A stretch of DNA of 62,959 nucleotides, filler included, from Intoshia linei (Eukaryota; Animalia; Orthonectida): NCBI GenBank assembly GCA_001642005.1. It is 11 parts of 11 records of this genome, joined end to end, with 100 filler letters (N's around TTAATTAATTAA, not from the genome) between each part and the next. Parts side by side here need not be neighbours in the genome. Positions count along the whole stretch, not along the records: positions 52,895 to 55,266 come from LWCA01002361.1; positions 55,367 to 57,453 come from LWCA01002415.1; positions 57,554 to 60,396 come from LWCA01002200.1; positions 60,497 to 62,959 come from LWCA01002304.1; 7 more parts are not named here. One strand, 5' to 3'. Of the stretch, positions 53,431-62,959 are shown in pieces. The notes under the pieces are model-generated. The model did not search any database. It saw nothing but the letters and a program-made list of their open reading frames with translations, and was not told the DNA's origin. The first letter of the stretch is position 1. Every line of letters starts with the position of its first letter. A program made the translations under genes and the position numbers.

Positions 53431-53487
53431 TAATTTCAATACGAGAGGCAGCTATATTAATGGTAAATTATTAACACTAATGTAAAT

Positions 53488-53807
53488 CAGGGTTCGGCAA
53501 CCTTTTTCATCTCGTGGACCACTTTTATCAAACTTTACACGTGATAAATTTCATTAAAATTTTATTATAATACAAACAAATAGATTTTTGGCGTAGTAGT
53601 GGATGTAGTAGATATTAGTAATATCAAATTATGATTAATTTTGATAAATTTATTATTCACGTTAATTAATGTAACAATGCATTCTAATTAAAATTTTAAT
53701 CCCATTTTTTATGACCGTTATATATTGATTGATAAAAATTTAAAAATAAATCATTTACTCAAGGGGCCACCAAAATTAATATGTGGACCACTGGTTGCCG
53801 ACCCCAA
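53488..53807. mobile_element. hAT MITE
   Basis: CAGGGTTCGGCAACC / GGTTGCCGACCCCAA termini; 8-bp flanks ATGTAAAT / ATATAAAT. Confidence 0.65.
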
Positions 53808-53914
53808 ATATAAATAATGTATATATTAAATTTATGTTAATTAAATTACATGTATTATTATTAAAGTATATATTAATTTAAGGTACATCTCATAAAATCA
53901 ATAGAAGGAACAGA

Positions 53915-54760
53915 ATGTTGATTAGAATGAAAGACATGAAAACTATTCGGAGTTTAGTTAACAAAATTGTCAAATTTGTTATATATTTTGATAGCAAAAA
54001 ATTTGGAACCGACGAAAAAATTGCAGTGGTGGCAATTGACACCGAAACAGCCAAAGAAATTGTTTTAGGTGTACCGAAACAATTAGGTGCAAAAGGATGT
54101 ACCACAGCTGCATCAGTGTGCAGAATTTTACAAGAATGGAATGTAAGTCATAAAGTTGTAGGTTTATGCTTTGATACAACTGCATCTAATACAGGATTTA
54201 AAAGTGGAAGCGTAAAGTTAATCAAAGATTCACTAAATCATTCAATCGTGGAATTGCCTTGTCGTCATCATATCTTTGAGATAACTCTTTCGTCGGTTTA
54301 CAAAAAATCCTACGGGGATACATGTCAACCAGATATAAATGATAATTTCGTCACAAAAGTTAAAGATATTTATTTTAATGATATAAACCGATATAATAAA
54401 TGCCATAATCCACCAAAATTAACAATGAATAACATTAATTTTTCCAATATTATATTAACCNGGGATACATGTCAACCAGATATAAATGATAATTTCGTAA
54501 CAAAAGTTAAAGATATTTATTTTAATGATATAAACCGATATAATAAATGCCATAATCCATCAAAATTAACAATGAATAACATTAATTTTTCCAATATTAT
54601 ATTAACCCTATCAAAAATACAAAAATATAAACGCGACGATTACAAAGAATGCTGTAAATTATTTATATCAATTTTAAGTGAAAAGAAAGGAAATTATTCT
54701 TATAAATGGTCATATCTGCTAAATTATATGCAATTTATATATGCATTGAATAAAATTTAA
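53915..54760 (+). pseudogene. hATm-like transposase fragment
   Basis: YFDSK, GLCFDTTASNTG, LPCRHHIFE, RDDYKE; truncated; the internal duplication at N54461 is an artefact. Confidence 0.75.
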
Positions 54761-55366
54761 ATATAATTATCGAAAAATGTGCAATTAAGAATTTTATCAT
54801 GAAAAAAAATTTGCCGAATATATTGTGAAAAATTAATTTAACTATTGCTTCTTAAAAATGACTTAAAGTTATTTTAACAAAAAATATCTAATAAATTTTG
54901 GTATATTATGGAATCTATGTATTAACCATATTCATTGCAAACATGACTTTATTTTTGCAAACATGATTAATAAGATCGTGAATGTCTTGTATTTGAATGA
55001 ATTTATTATATTATAAATAACCAGAATTCGAGAAATTAAATCGTTAATAAAATCCAAAAAAATTGAGCTAGAAACAAATTTAAAAAAATAAACTGTATAA
55101 CTAAACATGGAGAACAGTATTATAAGTGCGGTACCACGTTTAAAAGCTCAAACGCCGATTTCCGTTAAAATAAATTTCAGTTTTAATTTCTTCATAATAT
55201 TTATACAGTAGAGTGTCCACTTTTTTAAAGATCAAAAAGTATATTTGCCTATAGATGTATTTTTATNNNNNNNNNNNNNNNNNNNNNNNNNNNNNNNNNN
55301 NNNNNNNNNNTTAATTAATTAANNNNNNNNNNNNNNNNNNNNNNNNNNNNNNNNNNNNNNNNNNNN

Positions 55367-55580
55367 ATATTTTTTGAACCGTTTGGACCATGTGTAAAAT
55401 TGACGGATATATTTCCGGTTTATCATTAGCCAATTGCACCAGCTCTTGAACACTACAGTTTCCAACACTGCCGTGTTTGTACATTCTTTTTTTTTTAAAT
55501 TTGGCTGGATTGAACTGATCCAGAGGTATTGACGTGTAATTAAATGGGTTCATTAAGCCATTCTGAAATGTTCGTTCCAT
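55367..55580 (-). CDS. Isolated exon of an unidentified gene (runs into gap)
   Basis: Open frame, higher GC than the flanks, preceded by a TTTTAG acceptor. Confidence 0.45.
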
Positions 55581-57911
55581 CTAAAAGTATATATTTATAT
55601 GTAAATAAAGATAAAAATTCAATTCAATAAGGAAAGATCAGTGAAAATTATTACATGTATTTAAAAAATTTATCAATTTGTTGAATTGAATAGGAATGCA
55701 CTATTTGTTATTGAAAATTTGTATAAATAAAATTTGATGTATAAATTTCAGTGTTTAGATTTTTGAAATTATGATAATGATTTTGTTTTTCAATTGTTAA
55801 TTTAATAATTAATTAAGATGTATAAATAAACAATTGGATAATCATCATCATAAATGCGGATTGTAAAATTGATTTGTTGGTTTTTAATGAATGAGTAACT
55901 ATGTTCAAATTTTATTATAACCTTAGAAAGTGTTTGAAATTATATTAAGTTAATGTCTTTTAAAATTGTGTTAATAGTATCATCGAGTTAAATAAGCACT
56001 TATCACTAAGAAAGCCGCTTTAAGCATGACTTTTATGGATTTCTAATATATTTTTTTAACTAAAATATACTTTTTCTATTTGATATTTTCTTGAGACCTG
56101 ATTTAAACCCTATACCTAATCATAAATTAATTTATAGAAAAATATATTAATTAAGTTAACTCTACGTTAATATTCTATTAACTATCGTATTGTCAAATTT
56201 ATCGAAAATATTAAATATCTAATAACGTCCGTAAATTTTATTTACATATATTGTTAATAGGTAAGGTTTTTTGATTGTAAAAGTTACGAAAAACTTGCTT
56301 AAGTACTAAGTTATGATTTATAAGTTATAATTAAACATTGTTATAAGTTATAAAAATGTTTAATGATTGTATTAAAATGTCAAGTGCTGCGTTAAAAATT
56401 CCACTGCTACCATTCTACATAATATTGTAGATCTTTAAAATACAAATAATGAAAAAAAATTACTTTATAAATTTTCTTTTTTATATTTCAAAATGATCTT
56501 TGCGGAAAAAATTGTAAATGATAATGATTTGTTATTTTATAGTTATAATCAACAAATAAAGTATATTATAGTTTCATAGTAGTATATATAGTTAATGATG
56601 TATAATTTCTTAGGCCTAGAAAAAATGACGTCAAAAATTTTTGATCATGTCATTAACTAATTAGATCATTATAATTATACTAATGATACATTATAGATGT
56701 TTGTATTTACAAGTTAGAATTATATATTGTTTTACTCGTATAATAATAATAATAAATAATGTCAAAACAATGGTATAATTTTTTTCTAAATTGTCTATCA
56801 CGTCAATGTATACTTTAACAATAGACATATCACCAACAAAATAATTAATTAATTAAAATAATTCGATTAGAATCAACAATTTCTCATTTTCAAAAAATTT
56901 TAATCATATTTCAAAAATAAGGATTGTTGTGTCGGCAACAGTAGCTGATCTAGATGAGTCCAAAGGAGCGCCGCCCCCCCCCCCCCTGACNCCCCCCCCC
57001 CCCCCCCTGACGTGACAAATGTGCCCTAAAACATTTTAATTTGAATAACTTTGTGTCATATTTCATATTTTCTTTATACCCGATTTAACACACCAGACCT
57101 AATCATAAATTAACTTATTTAAAAATATATTAATTAAGTTAACTGCGGTTGACTTAAATCTACGATAATATTCTATTAACTATTAAATTGTCAAATATAC
57201 CAAAAATATTTAAAACTCTTAATGTATAAATTCATTTTTCTTTAACCAAAATAATTATGATATGATTTTAGACAATTTCTATAATGACAGAAATAATTTA
57301 TAGGTCCAATAAAGTCAGTAAATTTTTTTTTGTATGTAAGGTTTTTTGATTTTAAAAGTTATGAAAAACTTGCTTAAGTACGTAGTTATTACTTATAACA
57401 ATGTTTAATGATTGTATTAAAATATCAAGTGCTGCGATAAAAATAGATAGGTTNNNNNNNNNNNNNNNNNNNNNNNNNNNNNNNNNNNNNNNNNNNNTTA
57501 ATTAATTAANNNNNNNNNNNNNNNNNNNNNNNNNNNNNNNNNNNNNNNNNNNNATATTTACTATTTTTTTCACATTAACAATGATACCATTTTCATGTCA
57601 AAAATACTTAATTAATAGTCATTTTACCTTATTTAAATTTCATTTAAATGTATATAGGTATAAAAACATAAACAATAATAAAGTTCTTCTGTCATGTTTT
57701 TAAAAAAGGTTTAAAAAAAATAGGCGAAGGAAATTACAAAACTAGATAAAATTTAATCGGTAATTGGTGTTCTAAATTACATTTTGAACGTTCAGTAAAA
57801 TATACTTTTGTTAATTCAACGGAAAGTTTAAAAGTGGACACCCTAATAATTAGTTATTATGATTTTTGACTTAAATATATTTAATTGATAAATTCTTAAA
57901 TTAACAAATTA

Positions 57912-59556
57912 TTAACACTCAATTGTATTTTTAGACCCTAGAGCTGCAACAATTGCCGCACCAATACCGGATCCATCGCAAGTTAAATGTAGATAAAACT
58001 AAATTATAAATAAAAGCATTAAAACAATTGCACCTTTTTGTTTGGTTTCTTGATCAGATTTATTCCTTCAATTAAATACTTTTTAAAAAAAGGATGGTAA
58101 CGATAAAGACTTCCAGTAATGCCCACCGTCATTTCGTCACAATCTATTTTATTGATGATTGTAGCTATTCCAGTTCCAGTTAAATAAGCAGCTCTTTTAC
58201 ATATGACATCACATATTTTGGTTATTATATTTACATCTTCATTGGATATATCGCATTCGTTGTATCCCAGATCTTGAAAAACTTTCATAACTGAATCAAT
58301 TTTACTAATATTTACGTTAAAAAATATAAATTTAGTTTTTAGTGCTTTCAGCACAATAAATTACCCCAACGAAATAATTGATAATGTAATTGTTTCAATA
58401 TTTCCAAATGTGGCCATTATTACTGATAATTTTCCTTTTAAGATTAATTTGTTATTTATCAATTTGACAAGAATTAATCTCAACAACTCACCCAAATATA
58501 AACCAGAAATCATTTTTTCATATCTAATTAAGATTATCAGAATATTACAGTTTTTATACAAAAATGTATATAAAAGTCATTTATATTAGAAGCCTGATGG
58601 TGAAAAAATAATGTTTATTCTTGACGGTGATGTGGGGCAGACTAATAAATTATATAATTTTCTTAAATTTGGTTTTTTATATCATTGCCAATCGTATAAT
58701 GTACAATAAACATTGTTTAAGTGTAATGTTTAATTTAGCGAAAAATTGAAGCGGATACTGATTATAATTTAATGATACTAATAAGTGAAAAATTTTACGG
58801 TGGATTTGGGCGGATTAGAATTAAATTACGGGTAGGGTAAATGGGCCATTTATTAAAAATTGTGGCGGAACAAGAGACTAAAGGCAGTGAATCTTCGGTC
58901 GACAGGCCTCTAATATTACTTTTAGATGCATTGTACATTTTAAACTACAAATAAATAAAATACTTTTGTTTTAAAGGGTTCAATGAATTTTCGTCTATAA
59001 CTTTATCAAATTCTGTTGAAATGAATTCCTGAAATTATAAAATATTTAATATTAATAAGATTATTAATAATGTATCCTTAATTATATGAAGTAATTTAGT
59101 TAAAAATGTAAGTCTGTTTAGTTATTTTGTCTGTTCCAGTTTATTTAAAAAAGTAAGAGGTGTCGAGATTTAAAAATTCCATATTTCTATTACAGTTTTT
59201 GAGAGTGATGTTTTATTGCAAATTTAATTTTCAAAAATTGAGACTTTCAAGGTCAAAAACTCAAATTATCAATTTTTTTAAAAATCAAAATTCATAGGGC
59301 AAAACAAAAATATATTTAAAGGACCATGGATAGGGCTAAAGGCCATATGGCCCAGTTTATAATAAATTTATTAACTTAAACCTTCTCTAATTTATTATAT
59401 GAAATGTTGGAAAATTTAAAAATTTACAATTTATAATATTTCCACAAATATTAACGATTTAATTACTTTAGTAGTCGAGGATTATTAATATTATAATAAA
59501 AATCATACCAAAACTCCATTATCTCCAAACGCGCCCCATTCACTGTTGACTATTAC
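57912..59556 (-). CDS. Hexokinase, C-terminal exons (5' exons not found)
   Basis: VNSEWGAFGDNG, TEFDK.IDENSLNP, YEKMISGLYLGELLRLIL, RAAYL, VGITGSLYRYHP, DGSGIGAAIVAA. Confidence 0.92.
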
Positions 59557-60788
59557 CTAAATTATTTTTTCAATATATTAAAATAATAATAATAAATATA
59601 AGCAGTTTGTTGGCATAGAAAATATCATAAAAAGTGATCACTTCGTTAGGTGATCACCTTCTAAATGTGATCACTTTTCGAGCGTCTACTGTACAGCGTA
59701 CATTCTAATTATAATATGCATTTAAGAAGTTTCCATTTTTTTTTTGATTTAATAAAAATCAAATATTTATTTCATTGTAAAACTCTCACTTTCAAGGAGA
59801 TATCATCCACTTCTGTGAAACCATATGGTTTATTTTTAGATCTTTTTTATTTCAATTTTATATTAAATAAACTTTTACATATTACAGTAAACAATGTGTA
59901 TAAGAACACCTTTTTGAGCAAATTGTTGTTGTTCTTATCATAAGACTTATTCAGTGGTGTAAAGTTCAGTATGCAAAATTTATGACAATGTAAACATATA
60001 ATTTAAAAATCACTTTTTTTTTATTACATTTTTTCCCATACATTTATATATAGGCGTTATCCTGATTTGTCGCTTATACAAAAAGTAAATCTGTTCATGT
60101 ATAAAAATATTTTCTATTAACATTTACTATGGGAAAATATGCATCAAATGTAATTTATAATTGTGTTAGACTAAATATATGTTAGTTCAGGGGTTCCCAA
60201 AGTGGGCGATATCCCCACCCTACAGCGATTTTCAGCTGGAGGCGATTATAAAAACATAAATAGAATTTTTTTTAATATATTTCAGTAAAGTAAAATTGAT
60301 GCGGTACCAAATTTAAAATATAGTTCCATGTTAATGTTCATTGATTGTTTTATTATAACATTTTAATTATTAATTACACACATTTACAACACATATNNNN
60401 NNNNNNNNNNNNNNNNNNNNNNNNNNNNNNNNNNNNNNNNTTAATTAATTAANNNNNNNNNNNNNNNNNNNNNNNNNNNNNNNNNNNNNNNNNNNNATTT
60501 GCACTCGTTTTATTATATTGTCAAAATTTTAACTGAAGGGTTAACAAGAAATGTACTTCAAAACAGTTGTATAAAAACTATTTTCAATCAAAAAAACTAT
60601 AATCAAAAATTTTATAAAACAATACAAGCATCGATTTATAAGGTAGCGTACGACTAAGATTTTTTTTATTGGGGTCCACGAATAATATAAAATAGCTAAA
60701 GGCTCCATGTACTAAAAAAGATTAAGAACCACTGCTGTAAATGTTGATAATCAACCTAATACGTTATATTTACATTAACATCATATAT

Positions 60789-61317
60789 TTATTCCGCAAA
60801 TATTAATAAAGAAAAATAACTATATAAAATAACACATTGCACTATTATCAATATTTTCTGTTTTGTAATCTCCAATGCGCTATTGAATAAATTAGAAGCT
60901 GACTTTGCACACCAGGAAATGAAGAATAATGACATTGCAATTGTAATAGGTCTAATAAAAATTATTAAAATGCTATAAAGTCCACCTGTGATTATAGAAA
61001 ACTATAATTTGAGATAAAAACACTAATGGCAGCAAACTATAACCCAGTATCGACAATACCAATGCATATGAAGGTCCTGTAGGTAATTGTAAATTCATGA
61101 TAATGTAAATTAGGAAGGTTCCTATAAATGTAAATCCATATATGTAGCCGAACTGAATTTTTCCATTCTATACATAAGTTAAATAATTGATATTATACAG
61201 ATTTACCATTAACAGTGTAGTTGCAAATAGTAAAATAAACACGAGAGATCCTGCCATGTCTTCATCTTTTGATATTTCCATATCCATGGTTGAAAATGGG
61301 TTCAAAACACATATTGT
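60789..61317 (-). CDS. YIPF5: YIP1-family protein YIPF5/7, last three exons
   Basis: VLNPF..DMAGSLVF..LLMNGKIQFGYIYG..SILGYSLLPL..WCAKSAS..QKILI. Confidence 0.88.
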
Positions 61318-61363
61318 CTAAATATGCGATTATTAATATATTTTTAAATACATATATGATATA

Positions 61364-62406
61364 TCCTTACTTATATAATATTCTACGCAATATTTGTTTG
61401 TCAAATTGTGTTCCAGTTTATTGAAATAACTACCAGTCTTAGAATTTTATAAAGTCCACATTTCAATTACAGTTATTTCCTGGGGTGTTCGCAAAATAAA
61501 TTTCAACCTCCCAAACTCACATCTTACGGGTCACAAACCCACTTCTACTTTTTTTTTTGAAAATCAACGAGTTCGAGAATTTAAAAAAATATATACTCTG
61601 ATACAAATTTTAAAATCATAAGCATTATCATAAACTTAAATTTAAACGACTAAACAGTCAAAAAAGCATTTTAGTATTCATATATTTTTATTTCAAAATA
61701 TACAATTAACAAAAAATGTGAAATATATAACTGTCCGAAAATTAAAAAAAAAAAATTATTCTGATAGAGCTTATTCCAGTTGATATAAATACAAAAGTTC
61801 AACTAGAAAAATCTACGCATTCCCGATGAAAAATAATTTTTAATATATTATTAACCAATATTTTTCAAATATTTCAAGTAAAGATTTAATCTAAGATTAG
61901 TATAGTATAGTTAGATAAAATTAGTTAATTAAAATTGAAAATGTAAATATTGATTCTACAATTTCAAAAAAAATGTGCAGTGAACATCTACAAATTTCCA
62001 ATAAAGAAATATGCGTGAAAATCTATATAATTCATTCCTTCGGAATTTTTTTCATTGCTACGCAATTTTTAGGATTGGACTGTTTTTACCTTATTTTTAA
62101 TATTATACACACATTCTGTCTAATAAATTAAAAAAATGGGATAATAATTGTTTATACAATTCTTTACGCAAATGTTAACAAACAAATAATTAATATGGAA
62201 TAATTCACCTTAAAGTAAAAAGTACTATGATATGATGGTTCCACTTGAAACTAATTTGAGAGCCACTCCTTTAAAGTATTGGTAATGGTGAATAGTAAGA
62301 TTTTTAAGTTAGATTTTCAAAGTGAATTAATTTTTTAAGAATAATAAAAATGTGCCCTCGACAGAGCTAGGTCCTGTTTGTACGTATTACATAACAGTCA
62401 ACCTAG
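61364..62406 (+). mobile_element. Complete ~1.04-kb non-autonomous Helitron in a YIPF5 intron
   Basis: A|TC 5' end, subterminal hairpin CTGTTTGTAC..TACATAACAG (62374-62397), CTAG|T 3' end, no TSD. Confidence 0.85.
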
Positions 62407-62516
62407 TACAAATATATATTATATGATGAAATATATACGCTATTGTGAACTGGTTAAAATTCTTATAGATGTGTATAAATTAATGAAAATAAAATTTTTT
62501 TAAAATGGTCCTATTA

Positions 62517-62959
62517 CACTGTGTGACATTGAAAAATTGATCTCAGATAAAATTATTTATTAATAATCCTTATTTTTTCACAGTTACTATGATATGCTTC
62601 GTATCAAATACCGCTCGCAATCGGGCATAATTCCACTAATCCTTTTTACATAATAGGATTATGTTGCCTATGACTATTTACTAAATATACTTTTATTTAT
62701 TTATTGTTTATTTGTGATTATAAAAATGAATTGTAATTATTTGAAAAAAAACACATTTTGTCACATATGTGGTGTTTATTTAAAGTTAAAAAATAAAAAA
62801 TACGAATTTTCTGAAAATTTGATGAACTTATACCATTTAAAATATGAATGCATTGTGGAATTAAATGATTGAACATCTTGATTTATGTGTTCAAGCTGTC
62901 ATGCATCTTTATACCAAAAAAATAATAAATTTGCGAAGCCTAGAATATGGAAAAAACCT
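62517..62959 (+). mobile_element. Chapaev3-like transposon 5' end; decayed transposase from 62726
   Basis: TTA|CACTGTGTGACA terminus; FCHICG..CSSC..PRIWKKP with two TGA stops. Confidence 0.72.

Noticed and set aside
54316-54608. Internal 48-aa duplication in the hATm transposase
   Set aside because: Near-identical copies separated by a single N (54461); assembly overlap.
56975-57011. Double poly-C/TGAC repeat
   Set aside because: Duplicated across N56991; the doubling is an artefact.
62726-62959. In-frame TGA near a conserved Trp position, suggesting TGA=Trp recoding
   Set aside because: Host genes end in TGA (SET gene, ARCN1, AP1G1) and use TGG for Trp; these are decay mutations in a dead TE.

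Overview
Very AT-rich eukaryotic (metazoan) scaffold segment from a compact genome. Most introns are tiny (about 33-45 nt, GT-AG), with a few kb-sized, transposon-filled ones. The style resembles a reduced invertebrate parasite such as the orthonectid Intoshia, but the sequence alone cannot prove that. Ten artificial 100-nt gap spacers (N44-TTAATTAATTAA-N44) split the window into contigs. Genes reconstructed by hand-splicing: a short Trithorax/MLL-type SET gene, the start of a Lachesin-like Ig protein, TRIP13/PCH2, CFDP1, ARCN1 (delta-COP), HMBS, AP1G1, MRPL37 (with an intronless CCDC174 nested on the same strand in one intron), a Rab11-FIP-like C2 protein, CMIP, hexokinase, YIPF5/7, and several orphan ORFs, two of them made of tandem repeats. 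Mobile DNA is abundant: three Ty3/Gypsy remnants (two with ~130-bp LTRs), a full-length Tigger/pogo inside a Gypsy, Chapaev3, hAT (Charlie-, hATm-like), MITEs and many copies of one non-autonomous Helitron. The most notable observations are a probable stand-alone ~173-aa Trithorax-like SET protein with Phe at the F/Y switch, the same-strand nested CCDC174, two orphan repeat proteins, and ultra-short LTRs with a conserved terminal hairpin. No CRISPR array, rRNA or tRNA was recognised.
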